Shown here piece after piece: positions 9,614 to 19,200 of a DNA stretch of 64,000 nucleotides. Each line of letters begins with the position of its first letter. Position 1 is the stretch's first letter. The position numbers were made by a program, and so were the translations under genes. The notes under the pieces were generated by a model. It saw only the letters and a program-made list of their open reading frames with translations, made no database searches and was not told where the DNA came from. The stretch is from an uncultured Nitrospiraceae bacterium (GTDB lineage: Bacteria; Nitrospirota; Nitrospiria; Nitrospirales; Nitrospiraceae). The stretch lies in contig CAVPLT010000001.1 in the NCBI GenBank assembly GCA_963706325.1, forward strand, positions 960,001-1,024,000, in the 5' to 3' direction.

Positions 9614-12124
9614 ATGCCGAGCAAAAAAAACCTATCGCTATCGCAGGGCACATCAACTGATCAGGCACGTACGGCTGAGGATTTTGAAAAGCTGGGCGTC
9701 TTCTACCTCGGACGACCCTACGACCTCGCTGCCAAGCAACCGAAGCCGGGGTGGCTGCTGTACGATTCCAAAGACTTGGTGACCCATGCGGTCTGTGTGG
9801 GCATGACCGGGAGCGGCAAGACCGGTCTCTGTGTCGGCCTCCTGGAGGAGGCCGCAATCGACGGTATTCCGGCCATCGTCATCGATCCCAAAGGGGATCT
9901 CGCCAACCTCTTGCTCACGTTTCCACAACTCCGGGGAGAAGATTTCGCCCCCTGGGTCAACGAAGATGATGCGCGCAAGAAAGGTCTCTCCAAGTCAGAA
10001 TATGCGGCCCAGCAGGCAGCAATGTGGCAAAAGGGGTTGGGGGAGTGGGGACAAAGCGGCGAGCGCATCCAAAAGCTCCGTGATGCGGCAGAGTTCGTTG
10101 TCTACACTCCGGGGAGCACTGCCGGTTTGCCGGTATCGATCCTCAAGTCGTTTGCCGCTCCGTCGCAGGAGATGCTCGACGATATCGAACTTTTGCGTGA
10201 ACGCATCAACACAACGGTCACCAGTCTGCTCGGACTGGTCGGGGTGCAGGCTGATCCGATCAAAAACCGTGAACATATTCTCCTTGCGTCGATTCTGGAC
10301 AGCGCATGGCGGAAGGGGCAGGACCTTGATTTGGCGATGCTCATTCAGCAGATTCAGACTCCTCCCATAACCACAGTGGGCGTGCTCGATCTGGACTCTT
10401 TCTTCCCGGCAAAGGAACGATTTGCGCTCGCCATGCAATTGAATAACTTGCTCGCAGCCCCAGGTTTTGCCGCATGGATGGAAGGCGAGGCGCTGGATGT
10501 AGGGCAGATGTTGTATGGCTCCTCAGGAAGGCCGCGCATCGCGATTTTTTCGATCGCCCATTTAAGCGATGCCGAACGAATGTTCTTTGTCGCGCTCCTC
10601 CTGAACCAGACCTTGAGTTGGGTCCGCGCTCAGTCCGGCACGACCAGTCTTCGGGCCCTCCTCTATATGGATGAAATTTTTGGCTACTTTCCGCCCGTGG
10701 CGAACCCTCCGTCCAAGGCTCCCTTGCTGACCTTGCTCAAGCAGGCGCGGGCCTATGGATTGGGCGTCGTGCTGGCTACGCAAAACCCGGTCGACCTGGA
10801 CTACAAGGGACTGGCCAATACCGGCACGTGGTTTATTGGTCGTTTGCAAACGGAACGTGACAAGGCGCGGGTGATCGAGGGGTTGGAAGGGGCAGCGGTC
10901 AGCAGCGGGAAAAAGTTCGATCGCCAACGAATGGAACAGATCCTTGCAGGGCTAGGGAACCGCGTGTTCCTGTTAAACAACGTTCATGAAGATGCGCCGG
11001 AAGTGTTCCAGACCCGCTGGACGCTCTCCTACCTGCGCGGTCCCCTCACGCGTACGCAAATCAAGCAGTTGATGGCTCCTCTTAAGACAACAGGCGTGAC
11101 CGGGCAGGCGTCAGGTGGCGGAGGAAAACGTGGATTTGGATTGGGGGCAGCTTCAGCGACCGGGGCCGGCGTCTCACGTCCGATGTTGCCGCCGGAGGTT
11201 CCGCAGTATTTTGTTCCGATTCGAGGGGTACAAACAGGCGGGCATACGTTGATCTATCGACCGATGGTCTTGGGCGCGGCGCTGGTGCGATTCTCAGATG
11301 TGAAAGCAGGGATTGATACAGGGCAGGAGTTGACATGGTTGGCACCGATCCAAGACGCCGCAGTACCGGTGGACTGGGCGCAAGCCACGGCGGCGCACCT
11401 CGCTCTATCTGATTTGGAGCGCGAGCCGTCTGGCACCGCCCAATTCCGACCGCTTCCCGGCGCGGCAACCAAGATCAAACAGTATGAGAGCTGGAAGGCC
11501 GACTTGTCCGGCTGGTTGTACCGCACCCAAACACTCGATCTGCTCCAAAGTTCCACCACGAAAAAACTCTCGAAGCCGAATGAGTCGGAGCGTGATTTTC
11601 GCCTGCGCCTTCAGCAAGCCGGTCGTGAGGAGCGCGATCAACAACTCGACAGCCTGCGAAAAAAATATGCCCCCAAGATTGCGGCGCTTCAGGATCGCAT
11701 CCGTCGGGCCGAGCACATGGTTGAGCGACAGCAGACCGAATCCCGCAACAGCCAGGTTCAGGCGGTCATCTCGATCGGCGCTAGCATTCTCGGAGCGTTT
11801 CTTGGGCGCAAGGCAATCAGCGCGGCGAATATCGGCAAAGCCACGACTGCGATTCGTGGGGCTGGTCGGGTGATCAAAGAATCCAAAGATGTGGGTCAGG
11901 CCGAGGACAATGCGACAGCCCTCCAACAGCAACTGACCGAGCTTGAGGGTCAGTTCAAAGCTGAAACAGAGGCCCTCAGCGCGGCGACCGATCCGCTGAC
12001 GGAGAAACTTCAACGTTCGTCGTTGAAACCCACCAAATCGAACATCGCTGTGAAGCTCGTGGCCCTCGCCTGGGCTCCATATTGGCAGGATGGGAGCGGG
12101 ACCCAAGTGCCTGCCTGGGAATGA
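9614..12124 (+). CDS. HerA/FtsK-superfamily ATPase (DUF87/DUF853-like) with C-terminal coiled coil
   Basis: Walker A GMTGSGKT, IDPKGD, Walker B LYMDE, ATQNP; GGAG RBS before ATG 9614. Confidence 0.8.
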   Translation: MPSKKNLSLSQGTSTDQARTAEDFEKLGVFYLGRPYDLAAKQPKPGWLLYDSKDLVTHAVCVGMTGSGKTGLCVGLLEEAAIDGIPAIVIDPKGDLANLLLTFPQLRGEDFAPWVNEDDARKKGLSKSEYAAQQAAMWQKGLGEWGQSGERIQKLRDAAEFVVYTPGSTAGLPVSILKSFAAPSQEMLDDIELLRERINTTVTSLLGLVGVQADPIKNREHILLASILDSAWRKGQDLDLAMLIQQIQTPPITTVGVLDLDSFFPAKERFALAMQLNNLLAAPGFAAWMEGEALDVGQMLYGSSGRPRIAIFSIAHLSDAERMFFVALLLNQTLSWVRAQSGTTSLRALLYMDEIFGYFPPVANPPSKAPLLTLLKQARAYGLGVVLATQNPVDLDYKGLANTGTWFIGRLQTERDKARVIEGLEGAAVSSGKKFDRQRMEQILAGLGNRVFLLNNVHEDAPEVFQTRWTLSYLRGPLTRTQIKQLMAPLKTTGVTGQASGGGGKRGFGLGAASATGAGVSRPMLPPEVPQYFVPIRGVQTGGHTLIYRPMVLGAALVRFSDVKAGIDTGQELTWLAPIQDAAVPVDWAQATAAHLALSDLEREPSGTAQFRPLPGAATKIKQYESWKADLSGWLYRTQTLDLLQSSTTKKLSKPNESERDFRLRLQQAGREERDQQLDSLRKKYAPKIAALQDRIRRAEHMVERQQTESRNSQVQAVISIGASILGAFLGRKAISAANIGKATTAIRGAGRVIKESKDVGQAEDNATALQQQLTELEGQFKAETEALSAATDPLTEKLQRSSLKPTKSNIAVKLVALAWAPYWQDGSGTQVPAWE

Positions 12125-12191
12125 CGGTTCATCTGTCCTCGACCTGAATGGTACTACAGACAGACGCCGGGTGGCAGCGCCCAACCGACGA

Positions 12192-15100
12192 CTATACCGG
12201 GCTCGTCGGTTTTCCAGGCGAGGTCCCTTGAGCGCCAGGGGGCGTAGTGGCCCAGTAAGCGCGAAGCGCCTGGCACAGGGCTGACATATCCTGGTCCTTA
12301 TTCTGGGCCGCCGGCCGCAGCACCTCCCAGGCCACATGTTCACCCAGCCGGCGATACGATTCGAACTGCGCTTCGTCGAAGAACTGATCCGAAGTTGGTT
12401 CATGCGGAAACGCCGGATGGCGCGCCGCATAGTCCTGTATGTCCGAAGGCTCATCGCCGGTCAATGAGGCTTTGAGATACAGGAGGGTGCCTGCAGCGGC
12501 AGGCGCGTCCACTGTGTCGTAGCGAATCGAGCCGATCGCATGGTGGCGACTGCCGGTCGTCGACCCTGGAGCCCGCCTCAGTGCATCCAGATTCACATCG
12601 ATGTCGATACCCAGATCGATTCGAATCTTTCGGATGGCGTTGCCGAGATCTTCGAAGGTTGCGTGGGGATCACAGCCTGCGTCGACTACGAGGATGCAAT
12701 GACATCGGCGCAACACCATTTCGTACAAGCCTAAATTTTCGAAGTGTCCTCCGTCGGAAAGATACACATAGGGATGCCTGGCATCGGTGAGTCCGAACGC
12801 TTCAGCGATCAGGGGACCGACGGAGACAGTCGGGGATGCTTGCTTATACGTATCGATGCCGGCCGGACCGGGATTGCCGAGCCACCAACCGAGACGAATA
12901 TTGAACAGCGCCAATAAAAAGGTTACCGCCGACGAGGAGTGATAACCCATGTTGGGGCTGGCGGCTGCTCCGGAAATCGCCAGCGCCGTGCCGAGCGAGA
13001 GCGGCTGGTCGAGATAGTGGTTGGCCGCGTAGGCTTCGGTGCGTCGAAAGCCGAGATTCCAGCTGCCGCTGTGCAGTGAGCTGATCGTAAAGGATTGGGC
13101 CTTCCGTTGCTGCCAGGCGAGGTTGTCTCCTTTGACCAAATTGAGCGCAATGTTGACGAGATGGAGCGGTCGCGGCATCCGCTCATAGGCTCGATTGAGA
13201 AAGAGGTCGACGAACCAGGTCACGGCGTCCCGCGTTGCCGCTGTTTCATCGGTCGATTGTTGTAACGCTGTCAGCTTGGCGGCGCAAGCCGGCCCGACTA
13301 GCAGATGGTCGGCGGCCTCCTGTAGCGCACCTCGATCCCGCAGTGCAGTTATTTCCTGCCCCAGTAGGTCGATCATGCCTTGCAACAGAGCTGGTGGATG
13401 CCCTGTGAGGGCATGAAACGCTGTGAGCTGTGCGCGAGTGTGAGAAGAGATCTCCCGTGCATAAAGCCAACGAGCCAGACGAACGTCATCAAACCGCAGA
13501 TCACTCATGGCCGGATTGTCCAGATTGTCGAACCCGGTAAAGGGATTAAATGTTCGCTCGCGGTCGATCTGAGCGCGTGAGGCGCCCAGATAGGCACGGA
13601 TCAGCCGGTTGCGATACATCGCGTGGAGTGAGAACCGATTGATATTAATGAAGCGGGCCATGAGGAAACCAAGCGCGGCTACGAGGAGGGTGAACGAGAG
13701 CAGCATCCAAGGCGGTGTGTTATGGAGCACCTGGTTGTGTCCCCAAGGATCCGGTGGCATCAACCGGCCCACACGCGTGGGGTCTGGATGGACAAGATCG
13801 CTGAGATGCCGGTTGAATTGATGAACAAACACATCGAGTTGCCAGCTGCTGGCGAGCGCGAGCGCAATTAAGACACAGAGCATAAAAATCGGCGCAGCTG
13901 CTCTCACCGCTATATCGGTGATGATCGTCAGGTGCGATCGTTCTTCGGCCCCCTGAGCCGTGGTGCGTGAGCCAAATCCAAGGACGAGGGTCATGAGCCC
14001 TGACAATCCGCCGAGAGCCGAAGCCATTGTGGGCGTCCAGGCGATCAGGCCAGGCCCGAAAATGACAACGGCACTCAGGGTCGACCAGATGACCATCACA
14101 ATGAGCACCCATGATCCGGTGCGACCCCACCATTCACGGTCCTGCTCTTCCGTAAAACGGCTGGCCAGTCCGATAAACATCGTGGCAGTCAGTAAAAACA
14201 TGGCCAGCACGCCGGGGACGGCAAAAGAGGCGAACCACTCGGCATACTGAGCCACTGCCATCTGGTCCGGTGTCTTTGCCAGCACCGTCCAGAGAAAGCC
14301 ACCGCCCAATGCGCCGGTGGCCGCGACGGCGCCGGTTTCGAGAACGAGCCACCAGGTAATGGCCTTGAAGCGCTTCAGGGCGACCGTGGCGAAGAGCCAG
14401 CTGAAGGTATGAATCAGAGTCCCGTCGATAACGGATTGGTAGAAAGTGAACTGATCCATCAACCCGCCTGCATTCCGAAACCAAGCCCAGGCCGTGGTGA
14501 GGCACAGCGTGGCCCCCACCAACGGGACTAGGCAGGCCAGGAGAAACCATTGCTGTTGTTCGAGGCAACGCCATCGCGTATCGAGCCGATATGGGCGTAG
14601 CGCCGGACGACAGAGGTGTAGATATATGAGCGCCATAACCGCAAGTCCTAGACCGGTGAGTAGGACGGCCGGAACAGCAGCGGTGGGGAGTGGCTCGTCG
14701 GGGGTGTTCAATCGAGCCAGGGCAATGACCCAGCGGGGTAGAAGCAAAGGCAACATGAGAAGCGGTAAAAGTACCATCCAATTCAGATGCAGATTGCGTA
14801 GATAGATTCCGAGCAGGGTCCAAGAGTCGGCGGAAAAGAAGCCCAAGTGTGGGCTTAAATAGTTGCTGTAGTTTCGCAGCCATTGGACCGGATGCGGCCG
14901 GTCCTCGGCATTCATATTCGCAGTGGCTTGCAAGTCTTCGATGACGCCGTCGAGCCCCCGTGGGTGGCGATGGATCCATGCGGTGAGCCAACTGCCGATG
15001 TAACCGCCGCCCGAAACCGTGGAGAGGTAATCGAACCGGTTCAACAGCTGCAGTCGAGCGAGGGATTGCAATATTCCCAGTCCAAAGGTGGCGCTACGGA

Positions 15101-15245
15101 TACCTCCTCCTGAAAAGCAGAGTGCCGCGCGTGGGTGTTGAGTGATGGGATCGTCTTTCGAGAGGCGCCCATCGAGCAGTCTGGCCTCTTCTTCTACAAC
15201 CTCGGTGAGTGAAAGCGGATCGTCCTGATTCGCGAGGTTCTTCAT
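12192..15245 (-). CDS. Membrane-embedded patatin/cPLA2-like phospholipase
   Basis: SGGGIRSA oxyanion loop, STVSGG nucleophile, DGGHFEN catalytic Asp; many TM helices between them. Confidence 0.8.
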   Translation of the reverse strand: MKNLANQDDPLSLTEVVEEEARLLDGRLSKDDPITQHPRAALCFSGGGIRSATFGLGILQSLARLQLLNRFDYLSTVSGGGYIGSWLTAWIHRHPRGLDGVIEDLQATANMNAEDRPHPVQWLRNYSNYLSPHLGFFSADSWTLLGIYLRNLHLNWMVLLPLLMLPLLLPRWVIALARLNTPDEPLPTAAVPAVLLTGLGLAVMALIYLHLCRPALRPYRLDTRWRCLEQQQWFLLACLVPLVGATLCLTTAWAWFRNAGGLMDQFTFYQSVIDGTLIHTFSWLFATVALKRFKAITWWLVLETGAVAATGALGGGFLWTVLAKTPDQMAVAQYAEWFASFAVPGVLAMFLLTATMFIGLASRFTEEQDREWWGRTGSWVLIVMVIWSTLSAVVIFGPGLIAWTPTMASALGGLSGLMTLVLGFGSRTTAQGAEERSHLTIITDIAVRAAAPIFMLCVLIALALASSWQLDVFVHQFNRHLSDLVHPDPTRVGRLMPPDPWGHNQVLHNTPPWMLLSFTLLVAALGFLMARFININRFSLHAMYRNRLIRAYLGASRAQIDRERTFNPFTGFDNLDNPAMSDLRFDDVRLARWLYAREISSHTRAQLTAFHALTGHPPALLQGMIDLLGQEITALRDRGALQEAADHLLVGPACAAKLTALQQSTDETAATRDAVTWFVDLFLNRAYERMPRPLHLVNIALNLVKGDNLAWQQRKAQSFTISSLHSGSWNLGFRRTEAYAANHYLDQPLSLGTALAISGAAASPNMGYHSSSAVTFLLALFNIRLGWWLGNPGPAGIDTYKQASPTVSVGPLIAEAFGLTDARHPYVYLSDGGHFENLGLYEMVLRRCHCILVVDAGCDPHATFEDLGNAIRKIRIDLGIDIDVNLDALRRAPGSTTGSRHHAIGSIRYDTVDAPAAAGTLLYLKASLTGDEPSDIQDYAARHPAFPHEPTSDQFFDEAQFESYRRLGEHVAWEVLRPAAQNKDQDMSALCQALRAYWATTPPGAQGTSPGKPTSPV

Positions 15246-15361
15246 GGGTACTCCAATAGATCAGGTCTCAGCCTGACCTGGTTCTGTCATGACGGCCAGC
15301 GCAGGCACGTCGTATCACTCCGTGGGAAAGGATCGAGCGATCAGGATGCTCGGTAGAAAAA

Positions 15362-15377
15362 AGCAAGCCATATGCCT
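15362..15377 (-). promoter_or_regulatory. Putative sigma54 -24/-12 promoter for the patatin-like gene
   Basis: Minus strand AGGCATATGGCTTGCT is GG-N10-GC with TTGC; about 115 bp upstream of the start codon. Confidence 0.55.
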
Positions 15378-15494
15378 ATGTTCCCCGATGCAGCGTTTCG
15401 CCTTGCAACAAGCCTTCAGGCAACTCCATAAGCTGGATCAATAGGTAAAACAGACGCTTCCTTGCCGTTGGTGAGTCGTCGAGATTATCAGATC

Positions 15495-15511
15495 AGATAC
15501 AAGGTGTATCT
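15495..15511. promoter_or_regulatory. Dyad AGATACA-N3-TGTATCT, candidate enhancer-binding-protein site
   Basis: Perfect 7-bp inverted repeat about 120 bp upstream of the putative sigma54 promoter. Confidence 0.4.
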
Positions 15512-15598
15512 AACGGCAAGACTGTTAGATCGGGTCGTTCGGTTTCTCCGAAAAACGGTTGGCCGAAGCAGAGGCGTGAGGATTCTCCCGCGAAGCGG

Positions 15599-16168
15599 CT
15601 AATGCTTCCGCTCTCGTTGCATCAGTTTGTCTGTATAGGCCAACAGAATGGCGGAGCCCAGGAACGTCATGTGAATGAAAATCTTCCACTTCACATGTTC
15701 GGGATTTTCGTTTGCGATATCGACGAAAGATTTGAGCAGATGAATGCTGGAAATTCCGACCAAGGAAGCCGCCAGCTTGATCTTGATAGTGCCAGGGTCC
15801 ACATGGGTAAGCCACTCAGGGCGGTCGGGATGAGTGTCGAGATCCAACTTGCTGACGAATGTGGCATAACCGCCGATAATGACCATGGTCAAAAGATTTG
15901 CCACCATCGTCACGTCGATCAGTCCCAGCACGCCTAGCATGAATTTAGTTTCTTCGAGCTGCTTGAAGTGAATCCCCATCTCCCACAGTTCGAGCAAGAA
16001 CTTGGACGCGTACAGCAGTTCGGCGATGATGAGGCCGCCATACAGTGGGGCTTGAATCCACCGGCTGCCGAAGACCAGGAATTCAAACGCCAGCTCAATT
16101 CGGCTGAGGGTCGTGGGATGTGATGGTACGGGACCGGAAGAGGACGGATGGCTCACGCGTGCACTCAC
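15599..16168 (-). CDS. yqhA: TIGR00645/UPF0114 family inner membrane protein
   Basis: SRWIQAPLY, LIDVTMVANLL, GGY.TFVS and ISSIHLL motifs. Confidence 0.85.
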   Translation of the reverse strand: MSARVSHPSSSGPVPSHPTTLSRIELAFEFLVFGSRWIQAPLYGGLIIAELLYASKFLLELWEMGIHFKQLEETKFMLGVLGLIDVTMVANLLTMVIIGGYATFVSKLDLDTHPDRPEWLTHVDPGTIKIKLAASLVGISSIHLLKSFVDIANENPEHVKWKIFIHMTFLGSAILLAYTDKLMQRERKH

Positions 16169-16296
16169 TCTCCTTCGTGAGCGCGTATCCTAGTGCGCAG
16201 ATCGGCGTCTGTCAATTGCTGGATGCGGAATGTGTTAGGCGATGGATGGCGGCAGGGTCGCAGTCACAGCCACGGTAGTCGGGATCTCGGAAAGAC

Positions 16297-19200
16297 TTAG
16301 GCCGCAGACGCTTCCCCGCGCTTCGGCAACCATGTGTCGAGGATCGTCTGCAAATCCTTGGGGCGAATCGGCTTTGCCACATAATCGTCCATTCCGGCGG
16401 CAAGGCACTTCTCGCGATCCCCTTTCATGGCGTTCGCCGTCATGGCGACGACCGGCGTGTGTCCTGACGAGCCTTCCATCTTTCGAATCATGGCGGTGGC
16501 CTCAAATCCGTCCATCTCGGGCATCTGGCAGTCCATAAAAATCAGCGGGTAGGGCGCTCGCTCATGAGCCGCGACGGCCTCCTGGCCGTTTCCCACCACA
16601 TCGACACGGCATCCGAGTTTTTCCAATATCTTGCAAGCGACCTTTTGATTTATCGGGTTGTCTTCCGCCAAGAGTAACCGAGTGAGGGTCGAGGTGTGGG
16701 CTTCGGCAAGCGTATGTCGCGTGATGAGAGGTGTCGTAGAGGCTGGTTGCTGTATGCCGGCTGGAGCGGGAGTGTCCAGTAGCCGGCACAGGCACTCAAG
16801 CAGCTGAGATTGTCGCAGCGGTTTCGTAAGATAGGCATCGACGCCGTGGGCTTGCGCCCTGCCGCCGTCTCCTCGTCGTCCTACGGTGGTGAGAACGACG
16901 ACCCGCGTGGCGGCCGTCGCAGGATCGCTCTTGAGGCCTGTGGCGACTTGGAATCCATCCATGTCTGGGAGATGCAATTCGATCAACGCGAGGTCGAACG
17001 GTTTTTGTTTCGCTGCGGCAGCCTGCGCCCTCTCATAGGCGTCGGGGCCGTTCTGCGCCTCGACACAATCTATTCCGTAGGGCACAAGTTGTTGGTGGAG
17101 CGCATGTCTGGTGGTCCTATTGTGATTGACCAGCAAAACACGGCGCCCACGAAGCTGTGTCAGGGAAATCGTGAGAGGCGGGGGGGCGAGCGCCGCCTCC
17201 GGCAGCTCTGCGGTAAACCAGAAGGTGCTGCCCTGGCGCGGACGGCTCTCGATTCCGATCTGGCCCCGCATCTGTTTAACGAGGCGTTGGCAAATGGCGA
17301 GCCCGAGGCCGGTGCCGCCATATCGACGAGTGGTTGAACTATCGGCCTGGGTAAATGCTTGGAACAGTCGCGCCTGCACTGCTTCGGGAATGCCGATCCC
17401 GGTATCCGTAATCGTGAATCGCAGTACAGCCGCTTCTCCCCCCCCTTCGCACGTGACATGGAGAAAGACTTCGCCCGTGGGCGTGAACTTAATGGCATTG
17501 CCGATCAGGTTGACGAGGATCTGTCGGACACGGCCTGGGTCGCCAAGGACACCGATCGGCACCGCGGCATCGACCAGGCCGATCAACTCAAGGCCCTTAC
17601 TCTGAGCCTGTTCCGCGAGCAGCTCCAAGGTATCTTCTACGGTCGTCCGGAGGTCGAAGGCGAGATTCTCAAACTGAAGTTTGCCGGCTTCGATTTTTGA
17701 GAAGTCGAGAATGTCGTTTACCAGAGTCAGTAAGGCGTCGCTCGAGCGGCGGACCGTATCAGCAAACTCATGCTGTTCTTCGGTCAGATCCGTATCGAGT
17801 AACAGACCTGTCATGCCGATAATCGCATTCATCGGGGTTCTAATTTCGTGACTCATGGTCGCGAGAAAATCGGTCTTGAGTTGGACGGCCTGAAGGGCTT
17901 GATCCCTGGCTTTAGCGAGTTCACTATTCTTTGCTTCCAACTCCTGAGCGGTTAGAAGGAGTGCTGCCTCAGCTTTCTTCCGCTGTGTAATGTCATGTCC
18001 CACTGCGAGGTAGCCTAAGATGACGTTCTCCTCATTGCGTAGAGCGGTGATGGTCACGAGCGCTGTGAAGTGGGTTCCATCTTTCCTGACGTAGGTCCAC
18101 TCGTGTTCGTCGAAGCCACCTTGCCGCGCATTGTGGACGAGGACATTGAAGCCTCGCACGGGTAGCCCACGCGGCGTGCTCAGCTCCTGACCGCGGCGCT
18201 CGATCTCGGCTGGAATGTGCAAGATATTGGGGGAATGTTTTCCGAGCATTTCCTCGGCCGCGTAACCTAGCAGCGCTTCGGCTCCTGCATTGAAGGTCGT
18301 GATGCGGCCCGTGGTATCGGTCGCGATAATCGAGAGACGCCTGGCGGCATTGAGAATACCCATCAGCTGTGCATTGGTGGACAGCAGGGCGTCTTCCAAA
18401 TGCTTGCGCTCGGTGACATCGGTCAGGATCACAAGTGTGGCGGACTTTCCCTCGTATGTCACGGGAGCGGCGGCGATTTCCGCAATAATCACCCTGCCGT
18501 CAAGACGACGTACCCGCTCCACCATCTGCGCATCGCGCCCCTCCCGGTCGATTCCCCCCGCCCGTTCTTCTACGAGTGATCGCGCGTCCCTCTGCATAAA
18601 GTCCGCTATGGGACGCCCCAGGAGTTGTGACAGGGTCATGGCGCCTAACAAAGTCGCACATGCATTATTGGCAAAGACTATTCGATTGCTACAGATGACG
18701 AAAATGGAGTTCGGGGACAACTCTACGAGCGACCGATAACGCAACTCGCCGGCCCGCACGGTGGATTCCAGCTGCTTGGCGTCAGTGATGTCGACGGCGA
18801 TACCTGCCAAGCGATAGACCTTCCCTTCTTGGTCTTTCACCGGGAATCCTCGGTCGCGAATCCATCGCACGGTGCCGGTCGCCGTCACGATACGGTATTC
18901 CTCGTCATAGGGAAGAGAGGTTTGGCAGGCTGCCGCGACGGCGATGCGTTCACGATCATCCGGGTGGATGCATTCGATCCACAGCATGGGGTTCGCGTAC
19001 AAGTCGTCACGGGATCGGCCCCAGATGGATTCGAAACCGGGACTGACGTACAGCATGTGATGTGTATCGGCCGATGTCAGCCAAAACACCGCGTCGATGT
19101 GGTCCGCCAGCTGTCGAAAGCGTTCTTCGCTTTCCTGGAGAGCCCCTTCCAGCGACTTCCGTTCTGAAATGTCGCGGAACATACCTGTATATTTTCGAGA

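Noticed and set aside
9614..15245. HerA ATPase plus patatin as an anti-phage operon
   Set aside because: The genes are convergent, not co-transcribed, and no cyclase, Sir2 or nuclease partner is present.
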